From positions 1-64,000 of the forward strand of contig JBNJFB010000006.1 in the NCBI GenBank assembly GCA_051746405.1: 64,000 nucleotides of DNA, given 5' to 3'. Position 1 is the stretch's first letter, and each line of letters opens with the position of its first letter. The position numbers and the translations under genes were made by a program. Below are positions 18,088 through 27,988 of the stretch, piece after piece. The stretch comes from Campylobacterota bacterium (GTDB lineage Bacteria; Campylobacterota; Campylobacteria; Campylobacterales; Arcobacteraceae). The notes below the pieces were generated by a model. It was not told the origin of the DNA. It worked only from the letters and a program-made list of their open reading frames with translations, and made no database searches.

Positions 18088-18909
18088 ATGAAAAACATTT
18101 TAATCACAGGTTGTTCTTCAGGTATTGGACTTCAAACAGCAATCACACTTAAAGAAAACAGATACAAAGTCTATGCAACAGCAAGAAAAGAAGAAGATGT
18201 ACAAATGCTAAAAGAGTTAGGGTTTGATGCACACAAAGTTGATGTTACAAATAAAGAAAATATAGAAAATATACTAAAGTATATTTTAAAAGAAGACAAA
18301 AAATTAGATGCAGTATTTAACAATGCAGGTTATGGACAGCCAGGTGCCATAGAAGACGTAAGTGTAGAGAGTTTAAAAAAACAGTTTGAAACAAACGTGT
18401 TTGGTCTACATGAAGTTACACTTCAAACTATGGAGATATTTAGAAAACAAGGTTTTGGCAAGATTATTCAACACTCTTCTGTTTTAGGAATTATCTCTTT
18501 AAAATTTAGAGGTGCATATAATGCTTCAAAATATGCTATTGAGGGCTTAGCTGATACTATGAGACAAGAAGTTATGGATAGTAATATTTATATCTCTTCT
18601 ATAAATACAGGACCTGTTACTTCAAAGTTTAGACAAAATGCACTAAAAAACTTTAATGAAAATATAGATATAGAAAATAGCTTTTTTAAAGACATATATA
18701 ACCAAGAACTAAAAATAAGATTAGAAAATAAAGAGGATAACACTCCATTTAACCTACCTGCAAGTTCTGTTGCAGATGTTGTTTTAAAGATTATGCAAGC
18801 AACAAAACCAAAACCTAGATACTATGTAACAAAAGCCACCTATCTTCTAGGATTTGCAAAAAGAGTCTTATCAACATCTCTATTAGATAAACTTCTAAAT
18901 AAGATATAA
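18088..18909 (+). CDS. Short-chain dehydrogenase/reductase
   Basis: TGCSSGIG, NNAG, YNASK. Confidence 0.9.
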   Translation: MKNILITGCSSGIGLQTAITLKENRYKVYATARKEEDVQMLKELGFDAHKVDVTNKENIENILKYILKEDKKLDAVFNNAGYGQPGAIEDVSVESLKKQFETNVFGLHEVTLQTMEIFRKQGFGKIIQHSSVLGIISLKFRGAYNASKYAIEGLADTMRQEVMDSNIYISSINTGPVTSKFRQNALKNFNENIDIENSFFKDIYNQELKIRLENKEDNTPFNLPASSVADVVLKIMQATKPKPRYYVTKATYLLGFAKRVLSTSLLDKLLNKI

Positions 18910-18919
18910 TTTTTATATC

Positions 18920-19567
18920 TTATAACTTTTTCATACTCTTAATATGTTTTTTTATCAAATTTGAAACACAGCTATGTAAAAGCTCTAAAAAAAGCTCTCT
19001 TTTGAGAAAAACTTCTGAAAGCTTATAGTTATTTGAAGATAGATTTGTTTCATTTACTAAAGTTTCTGAATATAACTGTTCATTTTTTTCATTTATTACT
19101 TTTAATTGCATATATATTTTCATATATGCATTATTTGTAAAGAGACTTTTATCTATTTCATACTTTATTACATGTAAATGTATACTATTATTTGCACCAA
19201 AAGGTACGTATTTGTCTTTATAGAAGTTATCACTTCTCATCTGTTTAGTAAACTCTTCTTTTATTTCACTCTCAAGTGAGATATTAAACTTCTGCAAAGC
19301 TTTTTGAAAATTTAAACCTTTGCTATTTTTAATATCAGGGGTTACACTACTTCCTATATGAACACCCATATTTTTAAAAATATACCCACCAAAACCTAAG
19401 TTTAAAGAGACAGGAGACTTTACTGTTTTTGGAGTTTGTGCTACTAAGATATCATCACTTAGGGATATTGAAGTTAGATTATTATTAAAGTTTGGTTGAT
19501 TTTTTGAAGTACATCCCACAACAAAAAAAACTAAAAAAGTTAAAAATATATATTTAAAATAGACCAT
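18920..19567 (-). CDS. Hypothetical lipoprotein
   Basis: Signal peptide with lipobox VVGC. Confidence 0.7.
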   Translation of the reverse strand: MVYFKYIFLTFLVFFVVGCTSKNQPNFNNNLTSISLSDDILVAQTPKTVKSPVSLNLGFGGYIFKNMGVHIGSSVTPDIKNSKGLNFQKALQKFNISLESEIKEEFTKQMRSDNFYKDKYVPFGANNSIHLHVIKYEIDKSLFTNNAYMKIYMQLKVINEKNEQLYSETLVNETNLSSNNYKLSEVFLKRELFLELLHSCVSNLIKKHIKSMKKL

Positions 19568-19601
19568 AAAACACCCTCACATAATAGTTTTATAAAAATT
19601 T

Positions 19602-21086
19602 TTATCCTACAACTAAATCTTTTCCTTGCTTTTTTGCTCTATAAAGATTTTCATCTACCCTTGCAAAAAGAGTCTTTATACTATCTTCACGCCTAAACTC
19701 ACCTGCTCCAACACTTGTAGTAATACTTCTACTTATAAAATCAAAGTAATACTCTCTTAAGTTTTTAGCTATTTTCTCACCTATTTGTATGGCATTTTCT
19801 AGATTGGTTTCAGGCATAATTACCAAAAACTCTTCACCTCCCCAACGTCCTACCATATCAGATTTTCTAACACTTTTTTGCAGTATATCTGAAAATATTT
19901 TCAAAACAACATCTCCTGTTTGATGACCAAAAGTGTCATTTAAAACTTTAAAATCATCCAAATCCAATATCAAAATAGAAAAGGTATTTCCATATCTTCT
20001 AAATCTTATCACCTCATAGTTTAAAAACTCATCGGTTTTTACTCTATTATAAAGTCCTGTCAAAGAGTCAGTAGTTGCTAACTTTTCTAACTGTTTATTT
20101 ACTTCTTTTAGCTCTTTTGTTCTTTTTTCTACTTCTCCTTGAAGCTCATAAGTAAAGTTATAAATTCTTTTACCCATTGTATTAAAAGCAACAATTGCTT
20201 GGCTTATTTCATCATTTCCATATGTTTTTATTGGTATAAACTCATCATTTTCATACTGTCTTGATGCTTCTTTAAGTGCATTTATTGGTTTTACAATCAA
20301 AGTAGATAAATATCTAGCTACAAAATAGGTAATAATCAATAATATACAATATAGTATAAAAATATTTACAATTATTTTATTTAATGCATTATAATAATAA
20401 TCATAGGGTAGTAGTGTAACTTGACAAGAAGATGAACTAGGAAGTTCATCACAAGTTGATGTTATAAACTTTTTACCATTTAAACTTATTACATCTTTTA
20501 GTTTTAACTCTTCTTTAGTATAAGATTTATAGTCATCTTTTGTAATAAGCCAGTTTTTTTCCTTACTTTTTATATAAAGATGAGTAATATTATAGAATTT
20601 ATCCTCAGATAACTTATTTTGTAAAAAAAGTATTGGGTTTATTTTTACTATTACTTTTGCATTTTTAATACTAAAATCAAAACTCTGTTTTATTAATAAC
20701 TCAGAAATATTATCATTTTCATTAACTGCATTTATTAATACTTTATCATTTTTATAAAATGTCATAGATTTTAAATAAGGATGATTTTCAAATATTTGCT
20801 TAAACTTTTTTTTAGTTTTTGCAACGCCAACTATTGAAAGCCACTCTGTATTGTCATATGCAAGAACTATATCACCATCTTTTTCTAATGTTTTTAATAG
20901 TGCATAATTATTACTAATAATAGATTTTAGTGAATCTTTATAGGTTTTATTTACCACTTTTGCCTGTATTTTTTGATTGTTAATCAATACAGATTCAAAG
21001 TGAATGTAATATGCCCATGCAGATAGAATAAATGCAAAGGTAAATACAAATATAAATCCAAAAAGAATTTTATGTTTTATTGTCAT
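19602..21086 (-). CDS. Membrane diguanylate cyclase (periplasmic domain, HAMP, GGDEF)
   Basis: Two TM segments, HAMP, TDSLTGLYNR, RKSD I-site and GRWGGEEF. Confidence 0.9.
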   Translation of the reverse strand: MTIKHKILFGFIFVFTFAFILSAWAYYIHFESVLINNQKIQAKVVNKTYKDSLKSIISNNYALLKTLEKDGDIVLAYDNTEWLSIVGVAKTKKKFKQIFENHPYLKSMTFYKNDKVLINAVNENDNISELLIKQSFDFSIKNAKVIVKINPILFLQNKLSEDKFYNITHLYIKSKEKNWLITKDDYKSYTKEELKLKDVISLNGKKFITSTCDELPSSSSCQVTLLPYDYYYNALNKIIVNIFILYCILLIITYFVARYLSTLIVKPINALKEASRQYENDEFIPIKTYGNDEISQAIVAFNTMGKRIYNFTYELQGEVEKRTKELKEVNKQLEKLATTDSLTGLYNRVKTDEFLNYEVIRFRRYGNTFSILILDLDDFKVLNDTFGHQTGDVVLKIFSDILQKSVRKSDMVGRWGGEEFLVIMPETNLENAIQIGEKIAKNLREYYFDFISRSITTSVGAGEFRREDSIKTLFARVDENLYRAKKQGKDLVVG

Positions 21087-21092
21087 AATTCT

Positions 21093-22049
21093 CTACTTAA
21101 TTTTTGAAACTAATTCATTATAATCTTCAAGTGTCATACCAGTGTAATATTCTAGCTTTTTAGAGAACTTATTTGATAGTTTATACTCTTTGATAAATTC
21201 ATCTACTTTTTTATTTAAAACTTTTGTATTATGACTTAAACCCCATGCTAAAAATTTCTTTTTAACACTTACGGGAAAATATGGTCTTATATTTTCACTA
21301 TAGTAACTATTAGAAAAAAGTCTAAAAACAATTCCTAAACTGTCATTTATACTAACATCAATTGTTTTATTAGCTAAATAGTGATAAATAAGCTTACCAT
21401 CATACTTTTCATTTACAGGAAATACATAAAGATTCACCTTATCATCTCTAATCTCATATCTTTTTTTAGGTTTTACAGAGTCTTTACTTTTATCTACATA
21501 AACCATATTATAAGGTATTTCTCTTTTGTTAAGCTCTTTTTTAAATACATCCAAAAATGCCATACTTTCATACAGTAGTATCTTTTTACCAACTAAGTCA
21601 TAATAGTTTTTAATTGGTTTATTTATATCACCAAAAAAAAGCTCCATATTCTCTATATAAGGACTCATATGCACTAGCTTCTCTCTTTTAGCAGTTATAG
21701 TAAATGCTTCAGGTACTAAATCAACTCTATTGTAAATATCTGGTGTTTTATTTTTTTGACTTTTTAAAAGTACAACATCATCACTTTTCCAAAAATCAGA
21801 AAAAGAGTCCACTGTATAAACTTCAAGTTTTAAGTCATTCTCATTAGCAAATGCTAGTGCCATTTCATACAAAAACCCTGGATAATCTTTACTTTTAGAG
21901 TCATATCCCAATGAAGACATATCTCTAATAGCAATCTTTAAAACCCCTGATTGTTTAATCTCTTGCCATGGTCTAGCTAAAACCTCTAAGCTAAAAAAAG
22001 TTTGTGATATTAAGGCTACCATTATTAAATAATATTTGAACGATTTCAT
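21093..22049 (-). CDS. Periplasmic substrate-binding protein (family 3-like)
   Basis: Signal peptide, EIKQSGVLKIA, GFLYEMALAFA, FTITAKREKLVHMSPY. Confidence 0.7.
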   Translation of the reverse strand: MKSFKYYLIMVALISQTFFSLEVLARPWQEIKQSGVLKIAIRDMSSLGYDSKSKDYPGFLYEMALAFANENDLKLEVYTVDSFSDFWKSDDVVLLKSQKNKTPDIYNRVDLVPEAFTITAKREKLVHMSPYIENMELFFGDINKPIKNYYDLVGKKILLYESMAFLDVFKKELNKREIPYNMVYVDKSKDSVKPKKRYEIRDDKVNLYVFPVNEKYDGKLIYHYLANKTIDVSINDSLGIVFRLFSNSYYSENIRPYFPVSVKKKFLAWGLSHNTKVLNKKVDEFIKEYKLSNKFSKKLEYYTGMTLEDYNELVSKIK

Positions 22050-22144
22050 ATCTTTTTCCTAGTGTGAAGATATTTAAAATAAGTCTGTCTTATATCATTT
22101 TAACGGTATAAATATTAAAGTATTATAAATATTAAAAAAAGCTT

Positions 22145-22170
22145 ATAAAGAAGAGGAGACTCTTCTTTAT
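22145..22170 (-). terminator. Intrinsic terminator downstream of fccB
   Basis: ATAAAGAAGAG-GAGA-CTCTTCTTTAT perfect hairpin just after the stop codon. Confidence 0.7.
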
Positions 22171-22172
22171 TT

Positions 22173-23450
22173 TTATGAGAAAATATCTGCCATTTGGTTT
22201 TGATACCAACCAACAGCATACTCAGCTTCTTGCTTCCTAAATGATTCATCAGCAATCATAGGACTTAATCCACCAGCACCTTTTACTTTTTTAATTTTAT
22301 CTTCATGTGCTTCATATACAGCTGCAACTGAAATACCATATTTTGGACCAACTAAACTATAACAAGTATTAGCTAATTTTGGAGGATTTACTACTGATTG
22401 TTTTTTTAACAATCTTGAAATCTGTAAAGCAGTAATTTTAGCTTGAGAGTTTGCAGAGAAGCCTGATTTTGGCATTTTTGTAGCTATTGCTGCATCACCA
22501 ATTACATGTACATTTTTTACAAGTCTTGACTCAAATGTTTTTGTATTTACAGGACACCATTCACCTTGTGTCAGTCCTGAATCAAATGCTAACTTACCTG
22601 CTTTTTGTGAAGGTATATAGTTTAATACATCTGCTTTTATTACACCATCTTCAGTTGTAACTTCTAGCTTTTTAGGGTCAACTGATAACACTTTTCCACC
22701 AAATGTATAGTTTCTCCACTCTATCATATCACCATAAAGTTGCCCCCAACCTTGTTGGAAAAGTGATTGTTTAGAAAACTTATCTTTTTGGTCTAAAATA
22801 ATAATTCTAGAGTTAGGCTTATTTGTTTTTAAATAGTGAGCCACTAAAGAGATTCTTTCGTATGGTCCAGGAGGACATCTAAATGGATTAGGTGGTGCTA
22901 CCATTACATATGTTCCACCATCTTTCATTGCTTCTAGTTGCTGATTTAAAAGAGTAGTTTGTGCACCTGCTTTGTATGCGTGTGGAGCATATTTTTCAGA
23001 ACCCTCTACATAACCTTTTTCGTATTTAAAGTCAATTCCAGGAGAGACAACAGCTCTATGATATGGTATTACATCACCATTTTCTAAGATTACACTACTT
23101 GTATCACCATCAACTTTTTTAACTCTTTCATGAATTACTTTTATTTTATATTTACTTTCTAAAGTTTTATAATCATGCTTTATATACTCTATATCATTTA
23201 AACCTGCAATTACAGTATTTCCAAATGGACAAGTATAGTACTCTTTGTTTTGCTCGATTAATATAACTTCAGTTTCAGGGCTGAATCTTTTTAAATATTT
23301 AGCAGCAGTTGCACCACCAAAACCACCACCTACAACAACAACTCTTTTTCTATCTTTTGGTAAAGAAACACTAGTGATACTACTACATGCAGTAAAAGAA
23401 AGCGCAATAGAACCAACTAACAGTTTATTAAAATTTCTTCTATTCATCAT
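22173..23450 (-). CDS. fccB: Flavocytochrome c sulfide dehydrogenase flavoprotein (FccB/SoxF family)
   Basis: Tat motif NRRNF, GGGFGG, FRCPPGPYER, MPKSGFSANSQAK, NTCYS. Confidence 0.9.
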   Translation of the reverse strand: MMNRRNFNKLLVGSIALSFTACSSITSVSLPKDRKRVVVVGGGFGGATAAKYLKRFSPETEVILIEQNKEYYTCPFGNTVIAGLNDIEYIKHDYKTLESKYKIKVIHERVKKVDGDTSSVILENGDVIPYHRAVVSPGIDFKYEKGYVEGSEKYAPHAYKAGAQTTLLNQQLEAMKDGGTYVMVAPPNPFRCPPGPYERISLVAHYLKTNKPNSRIIILDQKDKFSKQSLFQQGWGQLYGDMIEWRNYTFGGKVLSVDPKKLEVTTEDGVIKADVLNYIPSQKAGKLAFDSGLTQGEWCPVNTKTFESRLVKNVHVIGDAAIATKMPKSGFSANSQAKITALQISRLLKKQSVVNPPKLANTCYSLVGPKYGISVAAVYEAHEDKIKKVKGAGGLSPMIADESFRKQEAEYAVGWYQNQMADIFS

Positions 23451-23460
23451 CTTTTATCCT

Positions 23461-23757
23461 TTATCTCTTTACTTTTGAAAAATAGTAAGCTATTTGTTCT
23501 AATTCAGCATCTGTGAAACCTTTTACGTGCTTTTGCATCATAGTACCTTCTCTTACACCATTTTTATAATCAAGTAAAGTTTGATATAAACCCTCTTTAC
23601 CCATTCCTGCCAAGTATGGAGTAATAGTTTGAGATTTTCCATCTGTACCATGACAAGATGCACAAGATAGTGACAACATTTTCCCTTGAAGCTCGTCATA
23701 TTCTACACCAAATGACAAGCTATAAAGAGATACAAGAATAACTGCTATTCTTTTCAT
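23461..23757 (-). CDS. Monohaem cytochrome c, probable FccB partner
   Basis: Signal peptide from MKRIAV (23757), CASCH, GTMM; immediately upstream of fccB. Confidence 0.85.
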   Translation of the reverse strand: MKRIAVILVSLYSLSFGVEYDELQGKMLSLSCASCHGTDGKSQTITPYLAGMGKEGLYQTLLDYKNGVREGTMMQKHVKGFTDAELEQIAYYFSKVKR

Positions 23758-23844
23758 TCTAGCCCCTTTTTTTATGTTTTTGTTGAGTGTTTTACTCAAC
23801 AAAACAATTATAAAACAAGAACGTAACAAAAGTGTAGCATTTGA

Positions 23845-24645
23845 TTATGTTTTTTGAATATCTTTTTGATTAAACCTAAATTGAAGATAATCAGAGATTT
23901 GCATTAAGCAAAAAGTAATTATAAAAATCATTAAACCAGGAAAAAAACTAACCCACCAAGCAATATCAATAACATTTTTTCCATCACTAAGTAAACTTCC
24001 CCATGACATATCAGGTGCCATAACACCAAGTCCCAAAAAAGACAATCCAGACTCAGCTAAAATCGCTCCACCAACACCAAAAGTAAATGAAATAAGAAAA
24101 ATTGGAGCTAATAAAACTGCAAAATATTTAAAAACTATCTTATAAGTAGGAACATTCGCTATTTTTAAAATTTTTATAAAAGGTTTATTACTAATTGCAA
24201 AACTTTCACTTCTAATAAGTCTAGCAGTTGCCATCCACCCTGTAAGTGAAATTACTATTATTAACACAGCAGTTGAAGCTTGTATATAAGATACTAAAGC
24301 TAAAAGTAAAAAAAAGGTTGGAAAGGTCAAAAACAGATCAATAAGTATTGTTATAGTTTTATCAACTTTTCCTTTAAAAAAACCTGCATTTATACCTATA
24401 AACAGTCCTATTATAGAAGATATTGTAGCTGAAAGAAATCCTATAATTAAAGAGGTTTGACCACCTTGTAAAACCCTAGCTAAAACATCTCGCCCTAATC
24501 TATCTGTACCAAACAAATGACTTAGTGAGGGTGATTGAAGAATTTTCTGTGGATTTAATTCATAGGGGGATATTGTATAGAAAAGTGGCAAGAAAAATAC
24601 TAATAAGATAGTAGTTATTAGTAAAGATAAAGCCACCTTTGGCAT
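23845..24645 (-). CDS. Peptide/nickel ABC transporter permease (DppC-like)
   Basis: HLFGTDRLGRD, AILAESGLSFLGLG, SWG, WWVSFFPG. Confidence 0.9.
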   Translation of the reverse strand: MPKVALSLLITTILLVFFLPLFYTISPYELNPQKILQSPSLSHLFGTDRLGRDVLARVLQGGQTSLIIGFLSATISSIIGLFIGINAGFFKGKVDKTITILIDLFLTFPTFFLLLALVSYIQASTAVLIIVISLTGWMATARLIRSESFAISNKPFIKILKIANVPTYKIVFKYFAVLLAPIFLISFTFGVGGAILAESGLSFLGLGVMAPDMSWGSLLSDGKNVIDIAWWVSFFPGLMIFIITFCLMQISDYLQFRFNQKDIQKT

Positions 24646-24648
24646 GAT

Positions 24649-25248
24649 TTAGTCCTGCTTTGTATAAGTGAAGTAAGACAGTGAACTCTTACCAAATTTT
24701 TTAGTTCTATGAAGAGTAAATTTACCCAAATTTTCTGGAACATCTAATTTAGACACGTGTTCTAAAACAATCAAGTAAATATTTTCATTTTCAATCTCTT
24801 CAATCATATTAAAACTTTTTTTGTAAATATCATCCATCCCATCTCTATAATCAAATGGTGGGTCAATATATAATATTATCTCATCACTTGAGTTTTTTAA
24901 ACTATTTAAAATACTTGGTGTTTGAATAAACGTATCACCTTGCATTGTTTGACATGAGTCCATATCTATAGCTTTACAGTTTCTTACTAAAACATTATAT
25001 GAGTCTTTATTTAACTCCACAAAGTAGCTTCTTTTTGCATCTCTACTTATTGCTTCTAAACCAATAGAACCAGAACCTGCAAATGACTCTATAAAGATTT
25101 TACCTATTATATCAAACTGCAAAACATTAAAAAAAGACTCTTTTAGTCTTGCTTTAGAGCTTCTTGTAACCTCCAAAGGTGGCAACTCTAAAGCTCTATT
25201 TTTATACTTCCCTGCAATAACTCTTGTAGTTGGCTTACTATTTTTCAT
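24649..25248 (-). CDS. rsmD: 16S rRNA (guanine966-N2)-methyltransferase
   Basis: RVIAGKYK, FAGSGSIGLEAISR, YIDPPF. Confidence 0.9.
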   Translation of the reverse strand: MKNSKPTTRVIAGKYKNRALELPPLEVTRSSKARLKESFFNVLQFDIIGKIFIESFAGSGSIGLEAISRDAKRSYFVELNKDSYNVLVRNCKAIDMDSCQTMQGDTFIQTPSILNSLKNSSDEIILYIDPPFDYRDGMDDIYKKSFNMIEEIENENIYLIVLEHVSKLDVPENLGKFTLHRTKKFGKSSLSYFTYTKQD

Positions 25249-25256
25249 CTTTTTCC

Positions 25257-26801
25257 TTATCTAGCATAACTTTGAGCTCTAAGCTCTCTTATTACATTTA
25301 CTTTTATCTCACCTGGATATTGTACTTTTTCTTCTATTTCTTGGGCTATTTCAGTTGCTAATAATACAGCTTCATCATCATTTACTAATTCAGCTTGAAC
25401 TACTACTCTAACTTCTCTACCTGCATTTATTGCAAAAGCATTTATAACACCCATTTTAGAAGTGGATATATTTTCAACCTCTTCTACTCTTTTTAAGAAG
25501 CTTTCTAATACTTCTCTTCTAGCCCCAGGTCTAGCTGCACTTATAGCATCAGCTGCACAAACAGATGCACTCTCTACATTTATAGGCTCCTCATGCCCAT
25601 GGTGAGCATAAATTGCATTTATAACAGTTTCTGGCTCATCATATCTTCTACATATATCTGCACCTAAATCCACATGCGAACCTGGCATCTCATGAGTAAG
25701 AGCTTTTCCTATATCATGAAGTAATCCAGCACGTCTTGCTAGTATAGGGTCACCACCCATTTGACCTGCTAATAGTCCTGATAAATAAGATACTTCTAAA
25801 GTATGAGCTAATGCATTTTGTCCATATGAAGCTCTGTATCTTAATTTACCAATTAGTTTAATTAGTTCAGGGTGCATAGATTTTACACCAAGTTCGAGTA
25901 TTACATCCTCACCCTCTTTTTGAATATTTCTATCAAATTCAGATTTTACTTTATTGTAAACCTCTTCAATTCTAGTTGGTTGTATTCTTCCATCTTCTAA
26001 TAACTCTTTTATAGTTTTTGTAGCCACTGCTCTTCTATAAAGATTAAAAGATGATACAGTAATATTATTAGGTGTATCATCAATAATAATATCAACTCCC
26101 ATTTGCATCTCTAAGGCTTTAATATTTCTACCTTCTTTACCTATAATCTTACCCTTTGTCTCTTCATCACTTAAAGGTATATTATTTATAAGTCTTTCTG
26201 CTGCAAACTCACCTGCATATCTTGTAACTGCGTGCGATAGCATGTTATTTATTTCACTCTTACAGTTTTCTTCAGCTAGCTTATATTTTTTTCTAAATAT
26301 TGAAGCTATTTTTGCACGACTATCCTCTTTTACTTTTTTTATCATTAACTCTGTTGCTTCATTAATAGTAAGTCCTGAAGCATTTTCTAGTATTCGTATA
26401 GCTTCATCTGTTTTCTCTTGGTAAGTTTTCTTTTGCTTTTCTAAGCCTTGCTTAATAGTTGAAATTTTTTTATTTTTTTCAATTATCTCTTTTTTCTCTT
26501 TTTTTATTGCATCAAGTTCAGTCTCTAAATGCTCATTTAACTCTTTTTCTTTTCTTTCTATTTTTGCAAGCATAGAGTCATACTCTCTTCTTGCACTTTT
26601 AAACTCCCTATCACAATCAGTCTTAGCTTTTAGTTGTGCCTCTTTTAAAGCAACTTCTGCTTCATGCTCTATCACTTTTGCTTTTGCTTTTGCTTGTTCG
26701 ATAAAAACTTGAAATTTTGCTTTATCAATTTTTCGAACTACAAAAATACTAACAGCACAACTTATTAATGCTGAAGCTGCCCCTACAACAATCATCTCCA
26801 T
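25257..26801 (-). CDS. rny: Ribonuclease Y
   Basis: N-terminal TM, coiled coil, KH domain KGKIIGKEGRNI, HD motif LLHDIGK, AARPGARRE. Confidence 0.95.
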   Translation of the reverse strand: MEMIVVGAASALISCAVSIFVVRKIDKAKFQVFIEQAKAKAKVIEHEAEVALKEAQLKAKTDCDREFKSARREYDSMLAKIERKEKELNEHLETELDAIKKEKKEIIEKNKKISTIKQGLEKQKKTYQEKTDEAIRILENASGLTINEATELMIKKVKEDSRAKIASIFRKKYKLAEENCKSEINNMLSHAVTRYAGEFAAERLINNIPLSDEETKGKIIGKEGRNIKALEMQMGVDIIIDDTPNNITVSSFNLYRRAVATKTIKELLEDGRIQPTRIEEVYNKVKSEFDRNIQKEGEDVILELGVKSMHPELIKLIGKLRYRASYGQNALAHTLEVSYLSGLLAGQMGGDPILARRAGLLHDIGKALTHEMPGSHVDLGADICRRYDEPETVINAIYAHHGHEEPINVESASVCAADAISAARPGARREVLESFLKRVEEVENISTSKMGVINAFAINAGREVRVVVQAELVNDDEAVLLATEIAQEIEEKVQYPGEIKVNVIRELRAQSYAR

Positions 26802-26812
26802 ATTTTAATACC

Positions 26813-27352
26813 TTAATTTGTAATTATATAATCTGCTTGTATATCATATCTATTAGAAAGAACTTTGTCGCTTTTGCAAAGTGTTAATTGAGTAAATACC
26901 ATCGTAGGTTTATACTCTAATCTATCAAAAAACCTATCATACATACCTTTTCCAAAACCTACTCTTTTGCCTATTGCATCAACCCCCACAATTGGTACAA
27001 TAGCCAAATCAATTTTTGAAGGTTTCAAAAAAGAGTTATTTGGCTCTTTTATACCAAACCTTTTTTTATGTAGTGGTAACCTATATTTTACGATTTTGAA
27101 ACTATCACCTTGCATAAAAGGAACATAAACATTTTTATTTTTATTTTTTCTTATTTTTTTAATTAAAGGCAAGGTGTTAACTTCAATACCCAAAGGTATA
27201 TACAACAATATATTTTTTGCTTTACTATTTTGTATAAAGTATTCTAGTTTATTAATAATTATTTTGTCTTTATAATACTTTGAAAAACCACATGAAAATT
27301 CTAATTTTTTTATACAATTTTTTCTAAAATCACTTTTGTGATTCACATCCAT
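26813..27352 (-). CDS. 5-formyltetrahydrofolate cyclo-ligase
   Basis: FGIKEP, DLAIVP, RVGFGKGMYDR. Confidence 0.9.
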   Translation of the reverse strand: MDVNHKSDFRKNCIKKLEFSCGFSKYYKDKIIINKLEYFIQNSKAKNILLYIPLGIEVNTLPLIKKIRKNKNKNVYVPFMQGDSFKIVKYRLPLHKKRFGIKEPNNSFLKPSKIDLAIVPIVGVDAIGKRVGFGKGMYDRFFDRLEYKPTMVFTQLTLCKSDKVLSNRYDIQADYIITN

Positions 27353-27413
27353 TTTTAAGCCTCTCTTGGGTAGAATTCGTACCCATCAAATAATTTTACC
27401 TAAAGGAATTAAA

Positions 27414-27980
27414 ATGCAGTTTAAAACCTTAGCATTTTTATCTATTTTATCTCTTTTATTTTTTTCTGGTTGCTTTGAAGATGATAAATCATCCAAAGAG
27501 AATGAAAAAGATAAAATAGAAGCTAAGCAAAAAATCAAAGAAAATACTATTAATCTTAAAACATTAGATAATAAGCCAATTACTATAATTAAAAGAGATA
27601 ATAAATATGAAGTTAAACAGTACCCAAATAAAATAATTCTTTTAAATTTCTTTGCCACATGGTGCCCACCTTGTAAAGCAGAAATTCCAAACTTAATTGA
27701 ACTGCAAGAAAAATATAATAAAGATTTTCAAGTTATTTCAATACTTATGGAAAAAGATAAAACAAACGAAGATATAAAAGAGTTTTCTTCACAGTTTAAC
27801 ATTAACTTTGATATTACAAACTCAAAAGAGAACTTCAAGCTAGCTAAAAAAATTGGAGAGATTAAATCAATACCAACACTTTATATGCTTGATAAATATG
27901 GAGAGGTTTTCCAAAAGTATGTGGGACTTGTTCCTGTAGAGATGATGGAGATTGATATAAATAAAGTATTAAAAAAATAA
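27414..27980 (+). CDS. TlpA-family thioredoxin-like lipoprotein
   Basis: Lipobox FSGC, NFFATWCPPCKAEIP; start at ATG 27414 after AAGGA. Confidence 0.88.
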   Translation: MQFKTLAFLSILSLLFFSGCFEDDKSSKENEKDKIEAKQKIKENTINLKTLDNKPITIIKRDNKYEVKQYPNKIILLNFFATWCPPCKAEIPNLIELQEKYNKDFQVISILMEKDKTNEDIKEFSSQFNINFDITNSKENFKLAKKIGEIKSIPTLYMLDKYGEVFQKYVGLVPVEMMEIDINKVLKK

Positions 27981-27988
27981 GGATTAAT

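Noticed and set aside
27353..27413. 6S RNA upstream of 5-formyl-THF cyclo-ligase
   Set aside because: The spacer is only ~60 bp, too short for a ~180-nt 6S RNA.
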